A stretch of DNA of 64,000 bases from NCBI GenBank assembly GCA_963754315.1, contig CAVWFS010000014.1, positions 223,839 through 287,838 of the forward strand, written 5' to 3'. The translations under genes and the position numbers were made by a program. Shown here piece after piece: positions 41,683-50,946 of this stretch. The stretch is from an uncultured Candidatus Rokubacteria bacterium. Its GTDB lineage: Bacteria; Methylomirabilota; Methylomirabilia; Rokubacteriales; CSP1-6. A model generated the notes under the pieces. It had not been told where the DNA came from, ran no database searches, and saw only the letters and a list, made by a program, of their open reading frames with translations. Position 1 is the stretch's first letter, and the number at the start of each line of letters is the position of its first letter.

Positions 41683-42474
41683 ATGGATAGCACAGCGACC
41701 TGGGACGCAGGCGACGCCTACGAGCAATATGTTGGGCGTTGGAGCCGGATAGTGGCGATTGAGTTCCTTCGCTGGCTCGCACCTCGCCCGGGGCTCGCCT
41801 GGGCGGATGTCGGCTGCGGCACGGGGGCATTGACATCCGCCATCCTGACCATGTGTGAGCCGTCCTCTGTCTCCGGCATCGACTCGTCGGAGGGCTTCGT
41901 ATCCCGCGCGCGGCAACGTATCAGCGACCCGCGGGTCTGCTTCGAGTCGGGAGATGCGACTCAGTTACCGTGGGATTCGGGCGTATGCGACGTGACCGTG
42001 TCCGGTTTGGTTCTGAACTTTGTGCAAGATCACCACGCCATGGTGCGGGAGATGGCCAGGGTTACGAGACCGGGCGGATCGGTAGCAGCGTACGTCTGGG
42101 ACTACGCCGGCGGCATGCAGATGATGCGGCATTTCTGGGATGCCGCTATCGCCGTGAGCCCCCACGACGCGAGGCTCGACCAGGCGGAACGATTCCCTCT
42201 GTGCCACCCCGGGCCGCTCCAGGAATTGTTCGAGAGGCTCGAGCTGAAGGGCGTGACGGTTCGCGCTATCGAGATTCCCACCGTGTTCGAGAGCTTCAAC
42301 GACTATTGGAACCCATTCCTCGGCAAGACGGGCGCTGCCCCCAGCTATCTGGCCTCGGTGAGGGGCGAAGTACGCGAACGCATCCGCCTGAACCTCCAGT
42401 CACGTCTCGCCCCGACCCCAGCCGGACCGATCAAGCTCACCGCTCGCGCATGGGCGGTTCACGCCGTTGTCTGA
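41683..42474 (+). CDS. Class I SAM-dependent methyltransferase
   Basis: YEQYVGRWS, DVGCGTG, GDATQLP, RVTRPGG, YVWDY. Confidence 0.9.
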   Translation: MDSTATWDAGDAYEQYVGRWSRIVAIEFLRWLAPRPGLAWADVGCGTGALTSAILTMCEPSSVSGIDSSEGFVSRARQRISDPRVCFESGDATQLPWDSGVCDVTVSGLVLNFVQDHHAMVREMARVTRPGGSVAAYVWDYAGGMQMMRHFWDAAIAVSPHDARLDQAERFPLCHPGPLQELFERLELKGVTVRAIEIPTVFESFNDYWNPFLGKTGAAPSYLASVRGEVRERIRLNLQSRLAPTPAGPIKLTARAWAVHAVV

Positions 42475-42507
42475 TGCTTCGTGGGCCCCCCGGATAGCGA
42501 GAGCGGC

Positions 42508-42702
42508 TCAGCCCTTGCGCTTCTTTACCGCCCGCTTGCGCGCCGCTGCTTTCTCGCCGCCAGTGCGCTTGGCGAGGTCCGCGCGGTGGGCACGCTCGTA
42601 GGTCTGGATGTCCTTGAAGCGCCCCCCCGCGTCGCGCACGGCGTAGAGCTTCTTTCCGGAGCCACTGCGGTGGGTGGTGCGGCGTGCTTTCTTGACAGCC
42701 AT
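42508..42702 (-). CDS. Small Lys/Arg-rich hypothetical protein (64 aa)
   Basis: MAVKKARRTTHRSGSGKKLYAVRDAGGRFKDIQTYERAHRADL...; purine-rich SD region. Confidence 0.7.
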   Translation of the reverse strand: MAVKKARRTTHRSGSGKKLYAVRDAGGRFKDIQTYERAHRADLAKRTGGEKAAARKRAVKKRKG

Positions 42703-42850
42703 CTCCCGGTTCCCCCTTCTAGGCAACTTCGCCCCTGGGAATCTTCGCAGCCTCCGCGGCTTTCATCTCCTCGAAAACCACACTCCCGCGAAAGTTACTT
42801 CATGCCTGCCTCTGGCGCAAGGATGATGACATCTCGGGTCGTGTCGGGAG

Positions 42851-42906
42851 CGGTGAGGTCATAGCAACAGCACGGTGAGGTCATAGCAACAGCACGGTGA
42901 GGTCAT
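42851..42906. repeat. 22-bp perfect tandem repeat, 2.5 copies
   Basis: cggtgaggtcatagcaacagca at 42851 and 42873, partial copy at 42895. Confidence 0.9.
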
Positions 42907-43019
42907 TGCCTTGACGGCGCGCGGCGGTGCTCGTATGGTCTGGGCACTCCATCGGACGCGCGGCAGCCAGGTGAGAGACCCAGCTCCAAATTCGGAGACC
43001 CGAGATAGCGGAGAATCCA

Positions 43020-44099
43020 ATGGAGGACATCCGGGTGGTGGGTCTTGCCAAGTCGTTCGGCAAGGTCCGCGCAGTCGACGATCTCAGCTTCGACGTGACG
43101 GCGGGATCAATTGTGTCCTTGCTGGGCCCGAGCGGCTGCGGCAAGACGACCACCTTGCGTCTCGTCGCCGGCCTTGAGAATCCCGATGCGGGCGAGGTGT
43201 ACGTGGGTTCGCGGCTCCTCACCTCGGCTGCGCGAGGCATTCATCTTCCCCCCGAGAGGCGCCGGATGGGCATGGTGTTTCAGAGCTACGCCATCTGGCC
43301 GCACATGACGGTGTTCGAGAACATCGCCTTCCCCCTGAGGGCCCAGCGCATGGCCACTCGGGAGATCCGCGCGCGGGTCATGGCCATGCTGCAGAGCCTG
43401 GGCCTGGAGGGCTTCCACGACCGGCCGGCGCCGCTTCTTTCTGGCGGTCAGCAGCAGCGGGTGGCCCTCGGACGGGCGCTAGTGGCGAACCCCGACGTGC
43501 TACTGCTGGACGAGCCGTTCTCGAATCTGGACGCCCGCCTGCGGGAAGAGATGCGCCTCGAACTGAAGGAAGTGCAGGCGCGCGTGGGTGTGACCACCCT
43601 GTTCGTCACTCACGACCAGACCGAGGCCATGATTCTCTCCGACCGTGTCCTGGTGATGAACACCGGGCGCATCGCCCAGGACGGCGAACCGCAAGAGGTT
43701 TACGAGCATCCGCGCACACGGTTCATCATGGACTTCCTGGGGCAGGTCAATCACGTCAATGCGCGGGTCCGCCACGGGGCGGATGGCGCCTGCGTTGCCC
43801 ACCTGGAGGACGTCGATGGCGCCGAGGTTCTCTTGCCCGCCAACACCGTCTGGCAGCAGGGAGACACCATCGTCCTGGCCTTCCGGCCGACCGACGTCGC
43901 GGTGGGCCCGGCCTCCCTCGACGGCGCCTGGCACGGCGTGATCCAGTCCACCGTGTACCTGGGCGAGCGCGTGGAGTACATCGTCAAGATCGGAACCTCG
44001 CAGATCCGCGCCTTCGGGGTGGTGAGCGAGCGCATGAGCAAGGGAACACCGGTACGGCTGCACATTCCCGCCCACGCCATCCGCGTGTGGAGGAGGTGA
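43020..44099 (+). CDS. ABC transporter ATP-binding protein (FbpC/PotA-like)
   Basis: [35 protein letters not shown]. Confidence 0.92.
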   Translation: MEDIRVVGLAKSFGKVRAVDDLSFDVTAGSIVSLLGPSGCGKTTTLRLVAGLENPDAGEVYVGSRLLTSAARGIHLPPERRRMGMVFQSYAIWPHMTVFENIAFPLRAQRMATREIRARVMAMLQSLGLEGFHDRPAPLLSGGQQQRVALGRALVANPDVLLLDEPFSNLDARLREEMRLELKEVQARVGVTTLFVTHDQTEAMILSDRVLVMNTGRIAQDGEPQEVYEHPRTRFIMDFLGQVNHVNARVRHGADGACVAHLEDVDGAEVLLPANTVWQQGDTIVLAFRPTDVAVGPASLDGAWHGVIQSTVYLGERVEYIVKIGTSQIRAFGVVSERMSKGTPVRLHIPAHAIRVWRR

Positions 44100-44101
44100 C
44101 G

Positions 44102-45220
44102 ATGAGGTCACGGACAGGCCTGCTCGTGTCGGCAATGGTGGTTCTTGCGCTGGCCCTGGTGGTGGGAGCGCGGTCGCTGGCTCAGACGGGCGGCGGCGCG
44201 ACACCTCCCAAGACATGGAACGAGGTTCTGGCCGCGGCCAAGAAGGAAGGTGTGGTCGTGTGGTCGCCCTATGCCGCCCCGGGAGCTTCCGTTGACAAGC
44301 AGATCGCCGAGTTCGAGCGGCTGCACGGAATCCGGGTCGAGGTGGTACCCGGGCGCACTGGCGACTTCGAGGCGCGCTGGAACGCCGAGCGCGCCGCCGG
44401 CAAGCCCAGCATCGACCTGCGCTCCTCGGGCAGCCCCGAGAACCGGCGGCTGGCCGCCCGCGGCCTCGACCAGCCGTTCGGGACCCTGCCCGTGCTCCAG
44501 GAGCCCGGTGTGGAGTGGATCGTCGATCCGATGGTGGACGTGAAAGCGGGCCACGGTCACACGTTGCACTTCTCCGCGGGCGGCTACTTCCTGATCGCCA
44601 ACAACAAACTGTCGCCCCCCGAAATGGGGCCGCGCAGTTACAAGGATCTCGAGAACCCCAAGTTCAAGGGACTGATCCTGCTCTCGGAGCCGGTCGGCCC
44701 ATCCCCCGGCTCACGGTGGGCCGCGTACGCCTGGAAGGCCTACGGGGACGAGCACCTGCGAAAGGTGATCGGCAACGTGAAGGCGCTCACCCGCACCGAG
44801 CCGGAGGCGCCGAAGCAGATCGCCCGCGGCGAATATGGCATCTACGTGCACGCCACTCAGGGATTGGCCGCTGACGTGTGGAAGCTGCCCAAGCCCCACT
44901 CGTTCCGCCTCATCGTGCCCGAGGATGGCGTGATGCTTCTCCTCGGCGGCATCAACTTGCTGCAGGGGGCGCCGCACCCGAATGCCGCCAAGGTCTTCAT
45001 GAACTACCTGCTGACGAAATCGGCCCAGCAGCTCGCCGCCGACGATGCTGGCGGCGCTTTCATTCGCAAGGATGTCAAGCCGGCCGTGCCGGAGCTGGCC
45101 CACTTCACAACCGCGAAGCCCTTTCCCAATAATCCAGACACGTTCGAGTTCGGCTCGAAGCTTTTCTTCGAGTGGTCGGCCAAAGCCGCTCCTTTCCTGA
45201 AGGAGTACGGCCTGAAGTAG
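44102..45220 (+). CDS. ABC substrate-binding protein (AfuA/FbpA-like family)
   Basis: Signal peptide; AAKKEGVVVW, IARGE, APHPNAAKVFMNYLL. Confidence 0.85.
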   Translation: MRSRTGLLVSAMVVLALALVVGARSLAQTGGGATPPKTWNEVLAAAKKEGVVVWSPYAAPGASVDKQIAEFERLHGIRVEVVPGRTGDFEARWNAERAAGKPSIDLRSSGSPENRRLAARGLDQPFGTLPVLQEPGVEWIVDPMVDVKAGHGHTLHFSAGGYFLIANNKLSPPEMGPRSYKDLENPKFKGLILLSEPVGPSPGSRWAAYAWKAYGDEHLRKVIGNVKALTRTEPEAPKQIARGEYGIYVHATQGLAADVWKLPKPHSFRLIVPEDGVMLLLGGINLLQGAPHPNAAKVFMNYLLTKSAQQLAADDAGGAFIRKDVKPAVPELAHFTTAKPFPNNPDTFEFGSKLFFEWSAKAAPFLKEYGLK

Positions 45221-45232
45221 ACGGCGCGCACG

Positions 45233-46972
45233 ATGGCCACGCGCGACGTCCTGATCGAGCGCGTGACGCGGCCGGTGGCCGCGGCGTGGGCACGGCGATG
45301 GCTCCGCCGGGGGAACCTGCTGCCGCTGGGACTGCTGGCCGTCACCGCGTTCATGGTCGTGTATCCGCTCGGCATGGTTCTCTACGGAAGCCTGAAGGAG
45401 GCAGCGCCCGGGCAGCCCGGCGCGCTCACCCTCGAGAACTGGCGCCTCGTCCTGACCGACACCAGCACCTTCCGCGTGTTCTTTACGACCATCGCGATCG
45501 CGCTGCCGCGGACGCTCCTGGCGCTGGTCCTGGCCACGATCTTCGCGTGGATCGTGGCCCGGACCACCACGCCGGGCAAGCGGCTGCTGGAGGGTCTGCT
45601 CGTCTTCATGTTCTTCCTGCCCGAGCTGCCCTGGGTGCTGGCCTGGATGCTGCTCGGCGCGCCGAACGTCGGTCTGCTCAACCAGTGGCTGCGGGTGCTC
45701 GTTCCTGGTGTCGAGAGTTTCGTCAACGTGTACTCGTACGCGGGGCTCATCGTCCTCGGCGCCGTGCGCTCGGCGCCGGTGCTGTTCCTCTTCGTCTATC
45801 CCGCCTTCCAGGCCATGGACGCCACCCTGGAGGAAGCCGCCCGCATCGCCGGGGCCGGCGGCTGGCGGACGGTCTTTCGCATCAACCTTCCGCTGCTGCT
45901 GCCGGCCCTGCTCGCCTCGGGCATCCTCTCGTTCGTGGTGGCCATGGAATCCTTCGAGATTCCTCAGCTCCTGGGGACGCCGGCAAAGATCTTCGTCTTC
46001 ACCACCAAGATCTACGATCTTGCCTACGGAGGCCACGTGGCTCGCTTCGGCCCGGCCATGGTGCTGGCCGTGCTGCTCTTGCTGCTCACCTTCAGCCTGA
46101 TCGTGCTCCAGTGGAAGGCGCTGGGGGGCCGAGCCTACACGACGGTGTCGGGCCGTGGCTACCGGGCGCGCCCTCTCGAGCTGGGGGCGTGGCGCTGGCT
46201 CGCGTTCGCCTTCATCGTGGGCTTCTTCCTTGTTTTCGGGGCGCTGCCTTTCGTGGTCTTGCTCCTGAACTCGTTCATGCAGCTCAGCGGATTTCTTGGC
46301 TGGGAGATGCTCACGACGAACCACTGGCGGGACGCCCTCGCGCGCTCGGCGGTGCTCACCTCGATCAAGAACACGTTGCTGGTCGGGGTGGCGGCGGCGA
46401 CCATCGGCGTGATCGCCTCGGCGCTGATCTCCTACGTGGTCACCCGCACCACCTGGCCCGGGCGCAAGGTCCTGGACTTGATGGCCTGGGTACCGTGGGC
46501 GGTGCCGGGGCTGGTGATGGCGCTCGGGTTTCTGTGGGCCTTCGTGTGGTTGCCGATCTACGGCAGCGTGTGGCTGCTCGTCCTCGTCTTCGTGGCGCGG
46601 GGGCTCCCCGTGGGCTCGCGCTTCTTCACGGCCACCATGGTCCAGATCGGCGCCGAGCTGGAGGAGTCGGCGCGCATCCACGGGGCCTCGTGGCTGCGCA
46701 CGTTCGCGCGCATCTGGATCCCGCTCTTGCGGCCGGCCGTGCTGGGGGCGTGGATTCTGCTGTTCGTCATCGCGGTGCGGGTGCTGGATCTGGCCGTGCT
46801 CTTCGCGGGTCCGGGCACCCGCGTGCTGTCGGTGGACATCTTCTTCTGGACGGTCACCGGCCGCCAGGAAGCCGCCTCCGTGCTGGCCCTGCTGCAGACG
46901 GCGCTGGTGCTGGCGGGTTACGTGGTGGCGCGCCTGCTACTGGGCCGGGCGCCCCGCCAGGCCGCGCTCTGA
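45233..46972 (+). CDS. ABC permease with two fused modules (FbpB-like)
   Basis: Two EAA loops: LEEAARIAGA and LEESARIHGA. Confidence 0.88.
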   Translation: MATRDVLIERVTRPVAAAWARRWLRRGNLLPLGLLAVTAFMVVYPLGMVLYGSLKEAAPGQPGALTLENWRLVLTDTSTFRVFFTTIAIALPRTLLALVLATIFAWIVARTTTPGKRLLEGLLVFMFFLPELPWVLAWMLLGAPNVGLLNQWLRVLVPGVESFVNVYSYAGLIVLGAVRSAPVLFLFVYPAFQAMDATLEEAARIAGAGGWRTVFRINLPLLLPALLASGILSFVVAMESFEIPQLLGTPAKIFVFTTKIYDLAYGGHVARFGPAMVLAVLLLLLTFSLIVLQWKALGGRAYTTVSGRGYRARPLELGAWRWLAFAFIVGFFLVFGALPFVVLLLNSFMQLSGFLGWEMLTTNHWRDALARSAVLTSIKNTLLVGVAAATIGVIASALISYVVTRTTWPGRKVLDLMAWVPWAVPGLVMALGFLWAFVWLPIYGSVWLLVLVFVARGLPVGSRFFTATMVQIGAELEESARIHGASWLRTFARIWIPLLRPAVLGAWILLFVIAVRVLDLAVLFAGPGTRVLSVDIFFWTVTGRQEAASVLALLQTALVLAGYVVARLLLGRAPRQAAL

Positions 46973-47094
46973 GGGGTGGTCATGGTAAAGACCCAGGCGC
47001 GGAACGCGGAGATCATGGGACTGCAGTAGGTGTTCCGGGCGGACCTGGGTCCGTGGCGGGAGGGACTTCAGGGCGAGGCGCCCGGGCGTCGCGT

Positions 47095-47114
47095 TATGTA
47101 TGGTATATGTATGG
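47095..47114 (+). promoter_or_regulatory. Direct repeat, probable operator/promoter of the RHH-VapC module
   Basis: TATGTATGG twice with 11-bp period, AT-rich island abutting the antitoxin ATG. Confidence 0.55.
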
Positions 47115-47115
47115 C

Positions 47116-47331
47116 ATGCAGAAGACGACCGTCTACCTGCCCGATGATCTCAAGCGGGCGCTCGAGCAGGCAGCCGCCAGCCGCGGGTGCAGCGAGGCGG
47201 AGCTGATCCGGGAGGCAGTTCGCGCCCTCACGGGTGGGGCCGCCCGTCCCCGACTACCATTGTTCCGGAGCGGCCAGCGCGGGCTCGCCGAGCGCGTTGA
47301 CCAGGCCCTCAAGGGGTTCGGCGAGCGGTGA
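47116..47331 (+). CDS. Ribbon-helix-helix (CopG/VapB) antitoxin
   Basis: MQKTTVYLPDDLKRALEQAAASRGCSEAELIREAV; GTGA overlap with PIN gene. Confidence 0.85.
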   Translation: MQKTTVYLPDDLKRALEQAAASRGCSEAELIREAVRALTGGAARPRLPLFRSGQRGLAERVDQALKGFGER

Positions 47332-47747
47332 TCCTGCTCGACACCAGCGGGCTTCTGTCGGCCATCGACGAGAGCCAGCGGCAACACGCTCGGTGCGTGG
47401 CCGCCATCGGGGGAGCGGAGGGCCGCCTCCTTCTGTCACCATTCATCCTGGCCGAGCTCGACTACCTCCTGGCGGTACGGGTGGGGACGGCAGCCCAGCG
47501 CCTGTTTCTGGATGAGGTCGCCCGGGGGGCGTATGTGCTCGACCCGTTCTCGGCCGGCGACGTGGCCGCGGCTCTCGATGTCATCGTCCGCTACGGTGAC
47601 CTCGACATCGGACTGGCGGATGCCTCCATCGTCGTGTTGGCAGCTCGCCACGGGGTCAGGGATGTGTTAACCCTCGACGAGCGACACTTCCGCGCTCTGC
47701 GGACCCTCGACCGAAGGCGATTTCGCCTTCTGCCAGCCGACGCGTGA
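47328..47747 (+). CDS. vapC: Type II TA toxin, PIN domain (VapC)
   Basis: LLDTSG, LAELDYL, GLADASIV, TLDERHF. Confidence 0.9.
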   Translation: MILLDTSGLLSAIDESQRQHARCVAAIGGAEGRLLLSPFILAELDYLLAVRVGTAAQRLFLDEVARGAYVLDPFSAGDVAAALDVIVRYGDLDIGLADASIVVLAARHGVRDVLTLDERHFRALRTLDRRRFRLLPADA

Positions 47748-47789
47748 CGCGCGCTGCGAGAGTCCTCAATCCCATTGGAGGCGGCCCCG

Positions 47790-48132
47790 ATGTTCGAGAT
47801 CCGGAACTATCACTTTGACCCGGCGAAATTCGACGAGTACAAGAAGTGGGCAGCGACGCTGGCGGTGCCCTTCATCAAGAGCCGGATGGACGTCGTTGGA
47901 TTCTGGGTCGCCAATGACATGGCTCCCGAGTACGGGGGGACCGCTCCTCGGGACGAGACGGTTCGCCCCGCGAATGTCACATGGATCATCCGCTGGCGAG
48001 ACAAATCGGAGCGCGACAAGGCCTGGGAAGACATTTCGGTCGAACCGGGAATGGCGAGCCATTCTGGCCAAGGTTCCGGGTGGTCGAGCAAGCTATTTCA
48101 GGACCGAAGCAAAGTTTGCCACCGAGATCTAG
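47790..48132 (+). CDS. NIPSNAP-like family protein; frameshift near 48030
   Basis: FEIRNYH, VVGFW, WIIRWRDKSERDKAWE, then F(R)SNREWRAI...YFRTEAKF in the next frame. Confidence 0.7.
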
Positions 48133-48190
48133 CGACCGGCTGACTTCGTGCTCGGCGAGCCCCGGGCGCCCTCGCTGGCCGCGGTCCGCG

Positions 48191-48220
48191 TTGACGAGCT
48201 CGCGCGGGGAGCCCTAGAAT
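48191..48220 (+). promoter_or_regulatory. Sigma70-type promoter of the TGA-containing gene
   Basis: TTGACG-N18-TAGAAT. Confidence 0.65.
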
Positions 48221-48332
48221 GGGCGGCAACCGCCCGGACCTCGCGGGAGGCACGAAGCCCGCGAGAGCAGACGCGCGAACGAGGCAGCGTGGAAGCACGC
48301 GAGGCGATCGATACACGGGAGGGAAGACCGGC

Positions 48333-49260
48333 ATGGCGACGATGACGATCGAGCGGGTGCTCGCGTTCAACGGTCTGGACGTGCTGGTGGCCAGAGACGA
48401 AGGCCTGTTCGCGGCAGAAGGACTCGATCTGCGCATCGCCGCGTTAGCCCCCGGGGAGATCCGCTCCACTGCCGAGGGCACCTTGCGTCAGCCCGTCACC
48501 AATCAGGGGAAGCTCCAGGAGCGCGGCGACGCCGCCATGTTCCAGGGGTGAGAGTGCGGCAATAACCGCCGGGTGGCGGACAGCGCGGTGGGGGCCCTCC
48601 AGATTGGACGGCGAGCCATGATCGTGTGCGGGGCGTTGGTCGTCCCGCCCACCTCGACGGTCTTCACACCCCAGGAGCTAGCGCATAAGCTGGTCGCGCT
48701 CGACTACGGCAACGGTACTGCCTACGCCGGCCTGCAGATGCTGGAAGGCGCCATGCCGCGCGAGGCAATCACCACCTGCGCGGCGATGACAAGCCCGGCC
48801 GAGCGCTTCGCGGGGCTCATGCGGCGGCGACTTCGAGGCGACTGTTCTGCAGGAGCCGTGGATCGCGGTGGCCCAGAAGGCCGGCTGCCGCCTCGTCTCC
48901 ACGACCTTCTTCCATGGTACGTGGGTCGCGGACGCACGGGTCAGCCCCGAGGTGTACGCTGCCTTCTTGCGCGCGGACACTCTGGCCGTGAGGCGCATAA
49001 ACGCCGACAAGCGGCGCTACGTGTCCTACTTCCTGCGCGATTGGGCGGGGTACCCCGAAGTGGATGCCCTCACTCCCGACGACTTCGATCTCGGCCGCAT
49101 CCAGCTGAAGGTACCAACACCCATCCCCGAGGTGGAGGCTCGCTGGGCGTGGGACTGGATGGCCAGCTGGGGCGTGCTGACCGGAAGCTTCGACGTGGCG
49201 GCCCAGATCAACCAGAAGGTGGAACGCGAGGCGCACGAACTGGCCGCGCTCACCGGCTAG
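48333..49260 (+). CDS. Cytoplasmic periplasmic-binding-protein-fold protein (NMT1/THI5/SsuA-like) with in-frame TGA at codon 73 (candidate selenocysteine); separate frameshift near 48825
   Basis: GGAGGG SD; VARDEGLFAAEGLD, ALVVPPTSTVFTPQELA, EPW, AVRRINAD; ORFs 48219..48551 and 48573.. are in the same frame, split only by TGA 48549-48551. Confidence 0.75.
48552..48586 (+). promoter_or_regulatory. Candidate bacterial SECIS element
   Basis: CCGCC-GGGT-GGCGG hairpin at 48566-48579; G-initiated apical loop 19 nt after the UGA. Confidence 0.6.
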
Positions 49261-49301
49261 CCCCGAGGCCGGCGGTGGCCCAGCGTCCTCACGGCCATTC
49301 G

Positions 49302-49493
49302 ATGACATCGGCAGCAACGAAGTCGATCCGCCCGTGTCGGCACGCGGCGCTCGTCCTCTCGGCTGTCCTGGCGTTCGGGCTCGCCGCCGAGGCGCAGCCC
49401 CTCCCGAAACCCGCGCGGATCGCGCTCGTGTGCGGGGCGCGCTGCGAAGGCGGCGGCTACGATTCGTTTCGCGAGGGGCTCGCGTACTACTGA
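49302..49493 (+). pseudogene. N-terminal fragment of an ABC_sub_bind substrate-binding protein
   Basis: Signal peptide ...AAEAQPLPKPARIALV...DSFREGL then abrupt stop. Confidence 0.65.
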
Positions 49494-49807
49494 ATGATGG
49501 CGTCGGCTCGAACGAGCAACGATGGTGGGATCGTGAGCCCGAGCGCCTTCGCAGTCTTCGCGTTGATGATCAACTCGAACTTGGTGGGCTCCTCCACGGG
49601 AAGGTCGGCGGGTCTGGCGCCCTTGAGGATCTTGTCGACGAGGACGGCGCCGTGCCGAAACATTTCGATGAAGTTCGTGCCGTACGACATCAGCAGGCCT
49701 CCCTCGGCCCATACCCTGTGCGAGCCGGACGTCGGGAGTCGGTGCGCAACCGAGAGCTCAGCGATCCGATTGCGCCGGACCCCAAGTGTCGACCAGAGCA
49801 ACTCCAC
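49487..49807 (-). pseudogene. C-terminal fragment of an ABC_sub_bind substrate-binding protein
   Basis: GGLLMSYG...VDKILKGARPADLPVEEPTKFELIINAKTAKALGLTIPPSLLVRADAIIQ; N-terminal two-thirds absent. Confidence 0.8.
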
Positions 49808-49969
49808 CTGCTGGCTGCACTGCGATCACCTCTGTCTATCGACCCTCGAGGTAGCTGCGTACGTCTGATCCGCAATCCGTGTCCAAACGAAACCATCGAC
49901 CGCACAAGATGCTCGCGTAAGGGTTCCCTGGAACTTCCGAAAACTGCCTGCGATCTCGTGGAAGCGGGC

Positions 49970-50857
49970 TTACGCGATGAACTTCTCGAACCAGTGGTGC
50001 GCGTATGGCTCGGCGTTGAAGGCGGGCACCTCGCGGTATCCGGCGCGCCGATAGAGCGCGATGGCCTCCGTCAGCGTCTGGTTGGTCTCGAGGCGAAGCG
50101 TGCTGACTCCGGCCTGGCGCGCGTGGCGCTCGAGGTCGCGGAGCAAGCGCCGTCCGAGTCCGAGGCCCCGAGCGTGCGGCGCCACCCACATGCGTTTGAT
50201 CTCGCCGGGGGCATCGGCATGCAGCTTCAACGCGCCGCATCCGACCGGCTCCTCACGCAAGCGCGCGACTAGCAACAAGCCTGCCGGCGGTGTCAGCTCG
50301 TGGCTATCGGCCGAGATGCTGCGGGCCGGGTCGAAGCCGGCCGCGAAACGCTCGGCCAGTTCCGCGAAGTACTGCGCCAAGCACCACCGAGCTTCAGACC
50401 TCAGCGGGTCTGCGATCTCGATTGTGACACACGAAGCGAGCAGAAGGCGCTCCACCTCGGCCATGGCGCCGGCCAGCTTAGCTTGCTCCCCTTCGTTGAG
50501 CGGCTCCAGCAGGGAGTGAGCAAACTCGTCCGACCGTCGGTCGAGCTCGGCGCGTTCGGCGAGTCCGGGCCCGGTGAGACGCACACGACGGACTCGGCCA
50601 TCCTTCTCGCTCGCCTCGACCCGGACGAGTCGTTGCCGCTCCAAGGACCGAAGGAGGCGGCTCACATACGCGGAATCGAGGGCGAGCCGACTGCGTAGCT
50701 CGCGGACCTCGGCCCCCTCGGCGCCGATCTCCCAGAGCAGTCGTGCCTCGCCGAGGGAACGGTCGCGGCCCAGGAACTGATCGTTGAGAGCCCCGACGCG
50801 CTCCGTCACGAGCCGGTTGAAGCTCCGAACCTGTTGAATGAGCCCTGCAAGTAGCAC
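49970..50857 (-). CDS. Bifunctional MarR-type HTH regulator / GNAT acetyltransferase
   Basis: VRSFNR, LDSAYVSRLLRSLE, DGRVR; GCGALK, EIKRMWV, RGLGLGRRLL; start uncertain. Confidence 0.9.
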   Translation of the reverse strand: MLLAGLIQQVRSFNRLVTERVGALNDQFLGRDRSLGEARLLWEIGAEGAEVRELRSRLALDSAYVSRLLRSLERQRLVRVEASEKDGRVRRVRLTGPGLAERAELDRRSDEFAHSLLEPLNEGEQAKLAGAMAEVERLLLASCVTIEIADPLRSEARWCLAQYFAELAERFAAGFDPARSISADSHELTPPAGLLLVARLREEPVGCGALKLHADAPGEIKRMWVAPHARGLGLGRRLLRDLERHARQAGVSTLRLETNQTLTEAIALYRRAGYREVPAFNAEPYAHHWFEKFIA

Positions 50858-50946
50858 CCCTCGCCGAAAGAGAAGAATCTACAGGGCAGGGCAGAATCTA
50901 CGCGCGCTCCTCACACTGCGCGTGCAGTGCGCGTGATTCACAGACC

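Noticed and set aside
42851..42906. Possible CRISPR array
   Set aside because: Repeats are contiguous with no spacers, only 2.5 copies, and no cas genes are present.
50874..50901. AGAATCTAC direct repeat upstream of the MarR-GNAT gene
   Set aside because: Only two 9-bp copies and MarR operators are usually palindromic; too weak to call.
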